Assembly: GCA_963667845.2 (NCBI GenBank)
Contig: CAXXVL010000002.1
Location: 2,944,001-3,008,000 of the forward strand
Origin: Smithellaceae bacterium
GTDB taxonomy: Bacteria > Desulfobacterota > Syntrophia > Syntrophales > Smithellaceae
Length of the DNA: 64,000 bases
Direction: 5' to 3'
Shown: piece after piece, positions 39,569 through 49,551 of the stretch
Numbering within the stretch: the first letter of the stretch is position 1
Layout: every line of letters begins with the position of its first letter
Translations under genes and position numbers: made by a program
Notes under the pieces: model-generated
Databases searched by the model: none
Told to the model about the DNA's origin: nothing
The model's input: the letters and a program-made list of their open reading frames with translations, nothing else

Positions 39569-41044
39569 TTAGATTAAAAATCCGTTTTTAAAGGGGATTT
39601 TTTCAGGATCATCTTCTTGCCTGTCTGATTTTTTCTCCGGTTTTTTTGGTTTTTCGGCGGTCAATTCTTTTATCGCACCGGAAATAGCGATCGCCCGCGG
39701 TGTTCCTTCGGGGTAAAACTCGAGCGCTTTACGGAAATGAAAAAGAGCGCTTTCTTTCTTTTGCTCTTTTTTGAAATACAAACCAAAATAGTAATGAGAT
39801 TCTCCCTGTTCATTCAGCCTGCCATAGGACATGGCTATGTGGTAGTTGATGTCTACAGCATCAACAATTTTCTTATCCTGCAGCGGTAGAAAACATGTCA
39901 ATGCGCTTTTGAAATCACCGGCGGCAAAATGCGCCTTGCCTAAAGCGAGTGATATATCTTCGTTCCCGGGATCGATTTTGGACACCCGCAGCAGATACGT
40001 GCGAGCCTGCGCTGCATCGCCTGTTTTCAGGTATATCAAGCCGATATGGGTTAAAATATCTATATCTTGCGGTGCAAGTGTCAGGGCTTTATTCAGGTTT
40101 TCAAGCGCGGCATTTGTGTGACCGAGCTGATCTTCCGTCAAGCCCAACGTATAGAGAAGATCAACGTTGCGCGGATCTTTTTGCAGGGAATCGAGAATCT
40201 GTTTGCGGTGTTTATTGAGATCGTCAGTGTCCTGAGCGATTAACGCCTGCATTCTCAAAAAATTGCCGACGATATTTGCGGCGCCGCGGCTTTGGCGATA
40301 CTGCGTTTGAAGAAGGCTGTCGAGATAAAAAATACGATCATCCGTACCCGGATGCGTCCGGAGATAGGTCGGCACGGTCCTGGATAAAAATTCATATTGT
40401 TTAATGATCTTGAGAAAATCAACCATGGCTCCCGGATAATAGCCGGCATTGACCAGATATCCTATGCCCAGGCGATCCGCTTCCTCCTCGTGCTCCCGCT
40501 GATATTTGAGGGCCATTGACTGAGCGCCGGCAACGGAAAAAGCGGCTATAGCCGCTGTTGCATCACCCCCGCCGCCGAGGAAGGCGCCGGCGATAATTGC
40601 CGCCAGCATGGCAATATTGAGCTTTTGCGACTTTTCGATAATGCTGGCAACGTGGCGGGCGTTGGCATGAGCGATTTCATGCGCCATGACGCCGGCCATC
40701 TGTGCCTCGTTTTCAACCGCGGAAATCAACCCCTTGTTAATGTAGATATAGCCGCCCGGTGTGGCAAAAGCATTGATTCCGGTGCTGTTAAAAATGGAGA
40801 AAGTGAAACGGAAAGGAACCTTATTGCTCTGGGCCAGAATTCGATTGCCTACGCCGGAAACATAAGCGTTGAGTTTCTTGTCCTGAAGCAGGAAATTATT
40901 CTTTTCGAGTTTGTCATAAATTTCTTTGCCCAGTTTTCTTTCGTCATCCAGCGTAAAAGCGGCTGATACATTTTGTACTCCCAAAAGTATCAGGAATAAT
41001 ATTAGGGCCAAAGAAAAGAATTGCTTTTGAATAATTTTGCGCAT
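39569..41044 (-). CDS. M48 metalloprotease with TPR repeats (BepA-like)
   Basis: Signal peptide, NAFA.PGG, HEIAH, E.EAD, THP, C-terminal TPRs. Confidence 0.92.
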   Translation of the reverse strand: MRKIIQKQFFSLALILFLILLGVQNVSAAFTLDDERKLGKEIYDKLEKNNFLLQDKKLNAYVSGVGNRILAQSNKVPFRFTFSIFNSTGINAFATPGGYIYINKGLISAVENEAQMAGVMAHEIAHANARHVASIIEKSQKLNIAMLAAIIAGAFLGGGGDATAAIAAFSVAGAQSMALKYQREHEEEADRLGIGYLVNAGYYPGAMVDFLKIIKQYEFLSRTVPTYLRTHPGTDDRIFYLDSLLQTQYRQSRGAANIVGNFLRMQALIAQDTDDLNKHRKQILDSLQKDPRNVDLLYTLGLTEDQLGHTNAALENLNKALTLAPQDIDILTHIGLIYLKTGDAAQARTYLLRVSKIDPGNEDISLALGKAHFAAGDFKSALTCFLPLQDKKIVDAVDINYHIAMSYGRLNEQGESHYYFGLYFKKEQKKESALFHFRKALEFYPEGTPRAIAISGAIKELTAEKPKKPEKKSDRQEDDPEKIPFKNGFLI

Positions 41045-41157
41045 AGTCAGAAAATTAGTCCATATTTTATGTATAATGTCATATTACCTGCTTTAAAAAG
41101 ATTAGGCAAGTTTTCCTTGCGAAGAGAAACGAGAGTCGAAAGGGAGATAATCGAGAT

Positions 41158-41838
41158 ATGGGGAAAGTCGTCACCATTGATGGACCGGCAGGCGCGGGAA
41201 AAAGTACGGTCAGTAAAGCTTTAGCAGATCGTTTGCATTATTTATACTTGGACACTGGGGCGCTTTATCGCGCGCTGGCTCATAAAGCGGTGACGAATAA
41301 AATCAATTTGAATGATCCGGATGAACTTGCGAATTTGTGTTCGACGACGGACATTACATTGAAGAATCGCGATGGCAAAATGGCCGTCTTTGTTGATGGT
41401 GAGGATGTCGGCGACAGAATCCGGACGGAAGAGGTCGGACTGGCTGCGTCTACGATATCGGCCTTTCCGGTGGTGAGAAAGAAATTACTTTCCTTGCAAA
41501 GAGAAGCAGGAGCTCAGGGCGGGATCGTGGCGGAAGGACGGGACATGGGATCGGTCGTTTTTCCGGACGCTGATTTCAAATTTTACCTGGATGCCAATAG
41601 GGAAGAGAGAGTCAGAAGGCGGCACGTGGAGCTCTTCCAAAAGAACGGATCGGCGGGGCTCGCAGCAGTCTCCAAGGATTTGCAGGCCAGAGATGATCAG
41701 GATTCACAACGAAAAATTGCGCCCTTGACGGCGGCCCCGGATGCCGTGATCATCGATTCCACTCACATGGACGTTTCACAGGTAGTCGAAGAGATCCTGA
41801 AACACATAGCAGGGCGTATCGGCGAGCGAGCATTGTAA
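41158..41838 (+). CDS. cmk: Cytidylate kinase
   Basis: IDGPAGAGKST, DTGALYR, EGRDMG, RD..D..R..APL. Confidence 0.97.
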   Translation: MGKVVTIDGPAGAGKSTVSKALADRLHYLYLDTGALYRALAHKAVTNKINLNDPDELANLCSTTDITLKNRDGKMAVFVDGEDVGDRIRTEEVGLAASTISAFPVVRKKLLSLQREAGAQGGIVAEGRDMGSVVFPDADFKFYLDANREERVRRRHVELFQKNGSAGLAAVSKDLQARDDQDSQRKIAPLTAAPDAVIIDSTHMDVSQVVEEILKHIAGRIGERAL

Positions 41839-41935
41839 CTGCAGCGGGGCTTGATTTGGTCTTGCTATTTAATCTTCGGTATGTTAATTAATGAAGATTA
41901 AAAAAGTCTTATAAAAATTAGGGGGTATTAGGTAA

Positions 41936-43711
41936 ATGGTTAACAATAACAACACAAACTTAAAAAACGAAAAGGAGGTTAATACCGACTCTTCAATTCA
42001 CAGTGCACACAATTCGTCTGGACAGTCCAAAGAAGAAGATATGGGCTTTAAAGAGCTTTATGAACAGAGTCTCAATCAATTGCAATACGGCGATATTGCC
42101 CGCGGAAAAGTCGTTCAGGTGACAGCGGATATTGTCATGGTAGATGTCGGTTGGAAAACGGAAGGATTTATTCCGATCAAAGAACTCAAAGACGCTCAGG
42201 GAAATATTAACATTTCCGTAGGCGACGATATAGAAGTATTTATAGATAAACGGGACTCTGAAGGAAACCTTGTATTATCCCGTGAAAAAGCAGCCAAACT
42301 TAAAGTGTGGGATGAAATTAAGAACATCAGTGACAACAATCTTACGATAAAGGGGACGGTTGTGGAGAAAGTTAAGGGCGGACTCTCCGTTGATATCGGA
42401 ATTATCGCCTTCCTGCCCGGGTCGCAGATCGATGTTCGTCCGATCAGAGATTTGGACCAATTTATCGGCCAGACATTGCCCTTTAACATTTTAAAATATG
42501 ACCGTAAACGCAATAATGTAGTTTTATCAAGAAGATCAATAGTGGCTTCCGAAAGAGAAAGTGAAAAGAAGGACACGCTGAACAATATCGTGGAAGGAAG
42601 CGTTATCGAGGGGATCATTAAGAATATCACCGATTATGGAATTTTTATCGATCTTGGCGGCATTGACGGTCTGCTGCACGTTACGGATATCTCCTGGGGA
42701 CGAATAGCTAAACCGTCTGAAATATTCCATAAAGGAGAGAAAATAACGGTTAAGGTTCTTTCCTTTGACCGTGAAAAAGAGAGAGTTTCTCTGGGGCTCA
42801 AGCAGCTTCATGAAAATCCATGGGAACATATTTCAGAAAAGTATCCGGTTGGCGCTCTCGTTCAGGGAAAGGTTGTCAACCTCACGGACTACGGCGTCTT
42901 TATCGAATTGGAGCCTGGGGTGGAAGGATTGGTTCATATTTCCGAGATGTACTGGACTCGAGAGATTAAGCATCCGTCTAAAGTGCTGAACGTTGGTAAT
43001 TTAGTGAATGTGGTGGTGCTGGAAGTTAATCCGGAAGCCAAGCGCGTATCACTCAGTCTGAAGCAGACCACGGCTAATCCCTGGGAAAAATTAAAAGAGA
43101 AATACCCGATCGGAACGGTTGTGAAAGGTCTCGTCCGTAATATTACGAACTTCGGCGTGTTTATCGGGATCGAAGATGGTATCGACGGTCTTGTTCATGT
43201 ATCTGACATTTCCTGGAAGCATCGCGTTACTCATCCTTCCGAGTACTTTAAAAAAGGACAGGAAGTTGAGGCGGTTGTCTTAAATATTGATGTCGAGAAT
43301 GAGAAATTCTCACTGGGGATTAAACAGATCGAAAAGAACCCGTGGGAAGAATTACCGCAAAAATATGCTCCCGGCAGCGTGGTGACGGGTAAAATTACGA
43401 ATTTCACGGACTTTGGAATTTTTGTCGAAATTGAGGACGGCATTGAAGGTCTGGTTCATATTTCCGAGATCAGTCAGAAGCGTGTGAAATCATCGGCCGA
43501 GTTATATAATGCCGGTGATATCGTTTCCGCAATCGTGAAAAGCATTGATACGAAAACGAAGAAAATTCGTCTGAGTATTAAGGAAATGGAAGCACCTACG
43601 ACCGCTCAGACGCCATCTTCGAGCCAGTACATCAATAACCGTGAAAACATCGGTTCGAATCTTGCCCAGGCGCTGGCCGACGTGAAGATAGGAAACCCGA
43701 CGAAGGAATAG
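41936..43711 (+). CDS. rpsA: 30S ribosomal protein S1
   Basis: Six S1 repeats (FLPGSQID, DYG.F.DLGG.DGLLH.TD, etc.). Confidence 0.97.
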   Translation: MVNNNNTNLKNEKEVNTDSSIHSAHNSSGQSKEEDMGFKELYEQSLNQLQYGDIARGKVVQVTADIVMVDVGWKTEGFIPIKELKDAQGNINISVGDDIEVFIDKRDSEGNLVLSREKAAKLKVWDEIKNISDNNLTIKGTVVEKVKGGLSVDIGIIAFLPGSQIDVRPIRDLDQFIGQTLPFNILKYDRKRNNVVLSRRSIVASERESEKKDTLNNIVEGSVIEGIIKNITDYGIFIDLGGIDGLLHVTDISWGRIAKPSEIFHKGEKITVKVLSFDREKERVSLGLKQLHENPWEHISEKYPVGALVQGKVVNLTDYGVFIELEPGVEGLVHISEMYWTREIKHPSKVLNVGNLVNVVVLEVNPEAKRVSLSLKQTTANPWEKLKEKYPIGTVVKGLVRNITNFGVFIGIEDGIDGLVHVSDISWKHRVTHPSEYFKKGQEVEAVVLNIDVENEKFSLGIKQIEKNPWEELPQKYAPGSVVTGKITNFTDFGIFVEIEDGIEGLVHISEISQKRVKSSAELYNAGDIVSAIVKSIDTKTKKIRLSIKEMEAPTTAQTPSSSQYINNRENIGSNLAQALADVKIGNPTKE

Positions 43712-43717
43712 GGACGC

Positions 43718-44614
43718 ATGAGAAAACATCCTGTAGGTTTGGGATTGATTTTGCTGATTGCGATTGGCATTGTTCTATATTTTTTCTTTTATAGAACCGG
43801 CTCCCAGTCTGGAACTGCCGGCACACAGAGATTTTCTTTAAGTGACAAAATCGGTGTGGTGCCCGTTGAGGGCATCATCACTGATTCTCGTGAAATTATC
43901 GAGATTATCGATGAATTTGCCAAAGACAGCTCACTTGCCGCCATCGTGCTGCGTATCGATTCTCCCGGCGGCGGTGTCGCCGCTTCACAGGAGATCTATG
44001 ATGCGGTCGTTGCACTTAAGAAAAAGAAGAAAGTAGTTGTATCAATGGGGTCGGTTGCCGCCTCAGGAGGCCTGCTCATCGCGTGTGCCGGCGACAAGAT
44101 CGTGGCGAATCCCGGAACCATCACCGGCAGCATTTCGGCGATCATGCAATTTGCCAATGTGGAAGAATTGCTGAAAAAGGTCGGCGTGAAATCTTCCGTT
44201 GTCAAAAGCGGTCAATATAAAGATATCGGCTCACCCATGCGCGAAATGACACCGGAAGAACGGATCATCATCCAGGAACTGGTCGATGATATTTATAATC
44301 AGTTCATCGACGTCATCGTGAAGGATCGCAAACTGACTCGCGAACAGGTCATTGCCATAGGAGACGGCCGAGTCTTTTCAGGGCGCAAAGCAAAAGAATA
44401 TGGCCTGGTTGATCAATTGGGGGATATGGCCTCCGCCGCAAAATTGGCAAGTCAACTGGCCGGTAAGGACGGAACATACGAGCTTGTTTATCCGAAAAAA
44501 AAGCATCCTTCTTTTTTTGATTTAATGTTTGAAAGTGCAGCCAATCAACTCAGCCGGTCTGTGAAAGCAACAGCTGAAAAATGGGGTGGGGTAAGTTACT
44601 TATATCATCCATGA
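43718..44614 (+). CDS. sppA: Signal peptide peptidase SppA (36K type)
   Basis: DSPGG, AASGG, TGSI, KSG.YKD.GSP, DGRVFSG. Confidence 0.93.
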   Translation: MRKHPVGLGLILLIAIGIVLYFFFYRTGSQSGTAGTQRFSLSDKIGVVPVEGIITDSREIIEIIDEFAKDSSLAAIVLRIDSPGGGVAASQEIYDAVVALKKKKKVVVSMGSVAASGGLLIACAGDKIVANPGTITGSISAIMQFANVEELLKKVGVKSSVVKSGQYKDIGSPMREMTPEERIIIQELVDDIYNQFIDVIVKDRKLTREQVIAIGDGRVFSGRKAKEYGLVDQLGDMASAAKLASQLAGKDGTYELVYPKKKHPSFFDLMFESAANQLSRSVKATAEKWGGVSYLYHP

Positions 44615-44635
44615 AGTCCGACTGGCGATACCGAT

Positions 44636-44920
44636 ATGACCAAAAATGAATTAATCAAAAGAACACAGGAAAAATTTAAAACCTATTCTCAAAAAGATAT
44701 TGCTTTAGCGGTTCAGACTATTCTGGACTCTCTCGTTGGCTCTATGAAAAGGAACGAGCGGGTCGAAATAAGAGGATTCGGCACGTTTACGATTCGCGAG
44801 CGCAAACCCAGAGTCGGCCGCAATCCAAAGTCAGGAGCGGAAGTTTCTTTGGACGAGAGAAGAGTTCCTTTTTTTAAAACGGGCAGAGATCTCCGATTAA
44901 AGGTAGATACTAAGAAATGA
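44636..44920 (+). CDS. ihfB: Integration host factor beta subunit
   Basis: MTK.ELI, RVEIRGFG.F, GRNPKSG, PFFK.G..L; follows rpsA-sppA. Confidence 0.9.
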   Translation: MTKNELIKRTQEKFKTYSQKDIALAVQTILDSLVGSMKRNERVEIRGFGTFTIRERKPRVGRNPKSGAEVSLDERRVPFFKTGRDLRLKVDTKK

Positions 44921-45687
44921 TCTATAAAAACATCATTGTCGATAAAAAGAAAACTTACGCGATCATTCAATTCAACCGTGCCCATGAAATGAATGCTCTG
45001 TCTAAAGAAATGAGACTGGAGTTTAACGACGCGCTTCTGGACGTCGAAAACGATCCTCTGATGAAATCGCTGGTCATCACCGGCGGAGAATACGTCTTTT
45101 CAGCCGGTATGGATATCAAGGAAATGTCTTCTCTGTCCAATGTCGAAATTGATGACTATTTCGAATCGATGAAGAGATATCTGAAGAAAATTTATTCATA
45201 CTCGAAGCCGGTGATAGCAGCGGTGGGCGGTATTGCTTTGGGTGGCGGGTTCAATATCGTTACGGTCTGCGATCTGATTGTCGCTTCGGAAAGTGCGATC
45301 TTTTGTCACCCGGAATTGAAGTTCGGACTGAGTCCTCTTTTTTATCCCCTGAGCCAGATCGTCGGTGTGACCAAAGCAAAAGAAATTGCAATGCTGGGAG
45401 AGCCGATCGGGGCCAATGAAGCGGAAAGAATCGGCCTGGTGAATAAAGTAGCCCCCCCCGAAAAGTTCATGCAGGAAGCAGAGAAAATGGCCCAGACCTT
45501 ATCCACAAGGTCAGTGAAGGCTATTGAAGAGCTGAAAAATATTTGTTCCGTTGTCCCGAGGATGGATAAGATTGCCGCTCTGGATATGGAACTGTCCATT
45601 GGCGGAATGCTGTTTGCCCGTGATGAACGGAAAATCCATATGAATGAAGTGTTGTTTCTCGAAAAACTTCGCAAGAAAAAACAATAA
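44917..45687 (+). CDS. Enoyl-CoA hydratase/isomerase (crotonase) family protein
   Basis: NR...NAL, FSAG.D, KP.IAAV.G.A.GGG, PE. Confidence 0.9.
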   Translation: MIYKNIIVDKKKTYAIIQFNRAHEMNALSKEMRLEFNDALLDVENDPLMKSLVITGGEYVFSAGMDIKEMSSLSNVEIDDYFESMKRYLKKIYSYSKPVIAAVGGIALGGGFNIVTVCDLIVASESAIFCHPELKFGLSPLFYPLSQIVGVTKAKEIAMLGEPIGANEAERIGLVNKVAPPEKFMQEAEKMAQTLSTRSVKAIEELKNICSVVPRMDKIAALDMELSIGGMLFARDERKIHMNEVLFLEKLRKKKQ

Positions 45688-45856
45688 TAACGGCAAAATT
45701 AAGAAAAGTTTCTTTACAAAAGATTGATCACCTCAGGTTGGCGGAGAAACCAAAAGTGATTGCTGAGTTCATACCGATAACCGAGTTTTACTCAATATCC
45801 CCAAAAGCATTTGCCTTTTGCCTCGCCATGATCTTTGATCAGAATTCTGGAAAAAA

Positions 45857-46141
45857 TTAAAGATTATCCCAATCGTTTCCCGGTGCAGCGAAATCCTTAA
45901 GTTGATCCCTTCTTTTTTTATGCTGAAGTTTCTTAAGCGCCTTGGCCTCAATCTGCCGAATTCGTTCCCGGGTGACTCCCATCATATCGCCGACTTCTTC
46001 TAATGTAAACGGTCCGTAATTACAGGCTACCCAGGTACAGTTCAAGAATGCTTCATTTTTTAAACGCCATTCGCAGGTGGTATCCGTGCAGATTTCTGCA
46101 ATTAGACTGCCTTTTTTCTTACAAATATATGTGTTAATCAT
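45857..46141 (-). CDS. Small stand-alone sigma-70 region 4 protein with Cys-rich N-terminus
   Basis: TLEEVG...[18 protein letters not shown] (RpoD region 4.2); C7/C18/C23/C35/C40; no sigma regions 1-3. Confidence 0.85.
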   Translation of the reverse strand: MINTYICKKKGSLIAEICTDTTCEWRLKNEAFLNCTWVACNYGPFTLEEVGDMMGVTRERIRQIEAKALKKLQHKKRRDQLKDFAAPGNDWDNL

Positions 46142-46175
46142 TAAAAAGATCCCTTCGCATATTTAAATCGGGCGT

Positions 46176-46204
46176 AACTTATTGTTACTTGAGTTATTTG
46201 TCAA
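46176..46204 (-). promoter_or_regulatory. Putative sigma70 promoter of the mini-sigma gene, overlapped by a GTAAC-N5-GTTAC inverted repeat
   Basis: Minus strand TTGACA (46204-46199), 17 nt, TAAGTT; inverted repeat at 46174-46188. Confidence 0.5.
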
Positions 46205-46287
46205 TAATTAAGATATAAAATTGATGTCAGGAGCAATCGTCACGAAAAAAACGGTTTCCCGGCAATAATCGGGCATGTAAAAAGCTA

Positions 46288-46620
46288 TTAAAAAAATATT
46301 TTTTCCGGGGGACGTCTTTCCGGGACGTACCGGTGAGGAATCTTATCGTTGTTCCATTCTTGGCTCACGTACAAGTTGCAGTAACAACTCCCGTATTCCT
46401 TCACATCTTCGGTGCGATAAGCACAAGGGCAGATGATGTCACGATCCTTTTCCCGATCGCCTGCGGCCAGACGGCAGGGACAGGAAGTGTAGCCGTAACG
46501 GTCCTTGTTAACCAGCAGATCCTGGAGAATGGAAAGCACCCAGTCCCTGTCTTTGTTGAAAAAATAACCCTTGGGTTCCTGGGCTTTCTTCAGCAGGTCA
46601 TAAAGCTCGGCAGGTGTCAT
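46288..46620 (-). CDS. Ferredoxin:thioredoxin reductase catalytic-subunit-like protein
   Basis: YG..SCPCR, IICPC, G.CYC.LY. Confidence 0.92.
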   Translation of the reverse strand: MTPAELYDLLKKAQEPKGYFFNKDRDWVLSILQDLLVNKDRYGYTSCPCRLAAGDREKDRDIICPCAYRTEDVKEYGSCYCNLYVSQEWNNDKIPHRYVPERRPPEKIFF

Positions 46621-46871
46621 CAGATCCCCAGTGCCTCCCGGATATCGCTTTCTTTAAAACCGATGATAATTTTGTCACCGATGACGATGGTTGGAAAAGA
46701 CCGCTGCGGGTTGTATTGAATGACTTCATTGAGCACGGCCTCCCGCGCCTCGCCTTGAAGTAAATCAACGTCCGTCGCATCGAAAGCGATGTTATTTTCA
46801 TTGAGAAATTTCTTTGTCGCTTTACAATGACTGCAGGTGCTCAATGTATACATTTTAACTTTCTTTGCCAT
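46620..46871 (-). CDS. Glutaredoxin/NrdH-like protein
   Basis: Y..STCSHC, SFP, I.GF. GGAGG SD favours ATG 46871. Confidence 0.92.
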   Translation of the reverse strand: MAKKVKMYTLSTCSHCKATKKFLNENNIAFDATDVDLLQGEAREAVLNEVIQYNPQRSFPTIVIGDKIIIGFKESDIREALGI

Positions 46872-47021
46872 CTTCACGATCCTCCGATTTTTTTGATTTA
46901 TATACGTTATTTGATTATCATGTCAAGCTGATAGTCGTGACGCCGCAGGCAAAGATATATTGACAAGAACACCCAATTCATATATCAACAAAAACTCATT
47001 TGAGGAAAGATAAAATACTTT

Positions 47022-47663
47022 ATGAAACATAATAGTATTATCGCTTACGAAGGTCTTCCCTTTATCATCTTTTCCCTGATCCTAACCATCCTTGCCGTTT
47101 TTTTCGGCGTCGTCTGGCTGGCCGTTCTTTTAGCCGCCATAACCGTTTTCATCATCTGCTTTTTTCGAAATCCCGAACGATATTTTCGCGATGATGTTAA
47201 AATGGTCATTTGTCCTGCTGACGGTAAAGTGATCAGAATCGAAGACGTCGATGTCGACGGCACCATCACGGGTCGTTTTAAGAAGATCAGCATTTTCATG
47301 AATGTCTTCAATGTCCACGTCAACCGTTCCCCCTATAACGGAAAGGTCGAGACCATTGCCTATCACAAGGGGAAGTTTTTATCGGCCAATCTGGACAAGG
47401 CGTCGGCGGAAAACGAAAGAAACGAAATTATGATTCGTACAGAAGACGGCCGCATGCTGTGGGTCGTGCAAATTGCCGGATTGATCGCCAGGAGGATTGT
47501 CTGCTGGACCCATGAAGGAGCGCGAATCGAAAAAGGCGAGAGATTCGGTCTCATCCGTTTCGGCTCTCGCGTCGAGGTTTTCTTACCGCCCGATTCCCGC
47601 GTTGTCGTTCATCTGGGCGACAAAGTTAAAGCGGGACAAACAATGATTGGATATTTATCATGA
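47022..47663 (+). CDS. psd: Phosphatidylserine decarboxylase proenzyme
   Basis: FFRNPER, PADG, IFM.VFNVHVNR.P, QIAGLIARRI, RFGSRV. Confidence 0.95.
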   Translation: MKHNSIIAYEGLPFIIFSLILTILAVFFGVVWLAVLLAAITVFIICFFRNPERYFRDDVKMVICPADGKVIRIEDVDVDGTITGRFKKISIFMNVFNVHVNRSPYNGKVETIAYHKGKFLSANLDKASAENERNEIMIRTEDGRMLWVVQIAGLIARRIVCWTHEGARIEKGERFGLIRFGSRVEVFLPPDSRVVVHLGDKVKAGQTMIGYLS

Positions 47664-48442
47664 ATAGGGAGAAACGCGTAAAAAATGTCCGTATCAAGAA
47701 GGGCATATATATCCTGCCCAATCTTTTTACAACCGCCAGTCTGTTTATGGGGTTCTATTCCATTATCGCATCCATCCAGGGAAAGTTCTATCCGGCGGCC
47801 ATTGCCATCATCATATCGCTGGTGTTCGATGGACTGGACGGAAGGGTGGCACGGATGACGAACACCACGAGCAGATTCGGCGCGGAATATGATTCACTGG
47901 CCGATCTGATCGCTTTCGGTGTTGCGCCGTCGCTTTTGGCCTATTTGTGGGCCATGTCCTTCGATGGAAAGCCCGGCTGGATGGCCGGCTTCATTTTTGT
48001 CGCCTGCGGTGCGCTTCGTCTGGCGCGCTACAACATTCAAATCGGTATCATTGACAGTAAAGTATTCAACGGCCTGCCCATTCCCGCTGCGGCTGCAGTT
48101 ATCGCCACGACCGTGATTTTCTTTGATCACATCGGTCTTGAAGGAACACTTTCCGATCCGTATTATATCTTCTTGATCCTGGTTGTCATCTTATCGCTCC
48201 TGATGGTCAGCAGCATAAAATATTACAGTTTTAAGAATATGAATCTCCATGCGCGGATACCCTTTAAAATATTGCTTATCGCGATCGGTATTTTTTTAGT
48301 CTTCTATTTAAAGCCGGAAATCATGGCTTTTGTCATTATGGTTGGTTACGCACTATCCGGGCCGCTGTGGTGGTTGGGAAAAATCATTCAGAAATTACGC
48401 GGGAAAGACGTGAATCAGAATGCTTCCGAACAGAAATCATAA
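47660..48442 (+). CDS. pssA: CDP-diacylglycerol--serine O-phosphatidyltransferase
   Basis: PNLFT, DGLDGRVAR...S.FG.EYDSLAD...FGVAP, LRLAR. Confidence 0.95.
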   Translation: MNREKRVKNVRIKKGIYILPNLFTTASLFMGFYSIIASIQGKFYPAAIAIIISLVFDGLDGRVARMTNTTSRFGAEYDSLADLIAFGVAPSLLAYLWAMSFDGKPGWMAGFIFVACGALRLARYNIQIGIIDSKVFNGLPIPAAAAVIATTVIFFDHIGLEGTLSDPYYIFLILVVILSLLMVSSIKYYSFKNMNLHARIPFKILLIAIGIFLVFYLKPEIMAFVIMVGYALSGPLWWLGKIIQKLRGKDVNQNASEQKS

Positions 48443-48478
48443 AGAGGATGGATGGTGTTATCGTTCTGACGTGATATT

Positions 48479-49033
48479 ATGAGAATCTCGGGAGGTGAAG
48501 CGAAAGGAAGGACGATCAAGTTTCCTCCTCATTGCACTCAAAGACCGACGACTGATTTTTTGAGGGAGGCGCTGTTCAATCTACTGGAACGACCGGTGGA
48601 TCAAAGTTTTTTGGATTTATTTGCCGGATCCGGGTCCGTGGGGTTGGAAGCGCTGAGCCGAAAGGCAAAAGCGGTTACCTTTGTGGAAAAGAATAAGGTT
48701 CTAGTCGAAGTTATCCGAGAAAATGTTTCCATGTGCGGATATTCCGAAAAATGTCTTCTCGTTCAGGCCGATGTGCAATCGGCCTTACGTGATCTTTACA
48801 AAAAGAAATGCAGGTACGATGTTGTTTTTGCCGATCCTCCCTACAATCAGGGATTGATCGAAGAAACACTGACCGTATTGAAAAAATATCCTGTGCTGCA
48901 GGACGGCGGCGCTCTTGTGATGCAGCATTCTGTCAGAGAACCGCTGCCGGAGCTTGAGAATGGCTGGTCTGTGGAAGACCAGAGGAAATATGGAGATAAT
49001 TACTTGAGTTTTATAAGGATGGGCACGGCATGA
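48479..49033 (+). CDS. rsmD: 16S rRNA m2G966 methyltransferase
   Basis: MRISGG..KGR, RPT....REALFN, LDLFAGSG, DPPY. Confidence 0.95.
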   Translation: MRISGGEAKGRTIKFPPHCTQRPTTDFLREALFNLLERPVDQSFLDLFAGSGSVGLEALSRKAKAVTFVEKNKVLVEVIRENVSMCGYSEKCLLVQADVQSALRDLYKKKCRYDVVFADPPYNQGLIEETLTVLKKYPVLQDGGALVMQHSVREPLPELENGWSVEDQRKYGDNYLSFIRMGTA

Positions 49034-49551
49034 TTCAAGAAAAAGTCGGTAATAAAATTGCGATATATCCAGGCTCCTTTGATCCAATCACCAATGGTCA
49101 CGTGGATATCATCAAGCGGGGAAACAGAATCTTTGATGAAATCATCGTTCTCGTCGCTTATAATCCGAACAAGTCATCCTTGTTTTCGGTAGAAGAACGC
49201 TGTCAATTCATCCGGGAAATATTTCAGGGCTGTGAAGGAATTCGAGTGGATAGTCATGATGGTCTGCTGATTGATTATCTGAAGAGTTCCGGCGCCAGCA
49301 CGATCCTGCGGGGCATGCGCGCTCTTTCCGATTTTGAATATGAATTTCAGATGGCTCTGATGAATCGCCGCCAGACAAAAAACGTAGAAACGGTCTTTCT
49401 GATGAGCGGATTCAGGTGGTTTTACACCAGTTCCAATCTTATCAAGGAAGTGGCCAGTCTCGGAGGATCGGTCAAGGGACTTGTGCCGGAAAATGTACAT
49501 CAAAGATTAATGGAAAAATTCAATGTGAATAAAACAGGAGGTAGTTTGTGA
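49030..49551 (+). CDS. coaD: Phosphopantetheine adenylyltransferase
   Basis: YPGSFDPITNGH, RG.R..SDFEYE.QMA..N, SS..KE. Confidence 0.97.
   Translation: MIQEKVGNKIAIYPGSFDPITNGHVDIIKRGNRIFDEIIVLVAYNPNKSSLFSVEERCQFIREIFQGCEGIRVDSHDGLLIDYLKSSGASTILRGMRALSDFEYEFQMALMNRRQTKNVETVFLMSGFRWFYTSSNLIKEVASLGGSVKGLVPENVHQRLMEKFNVNKTGGSL

Noticed and set aside
45688..45856. ncRNA between the crotonase and mini-sigma genes
   Set aside because: Only weak, short pairings and no family recognisable by eye
45857..46141. rpoD pseudogene fragment
   Set aside because: Has its own start, SD-like sequence, promoter candidate and an unrelated Cys-rich N-terminus; no sigma 2/3 remnants upstream
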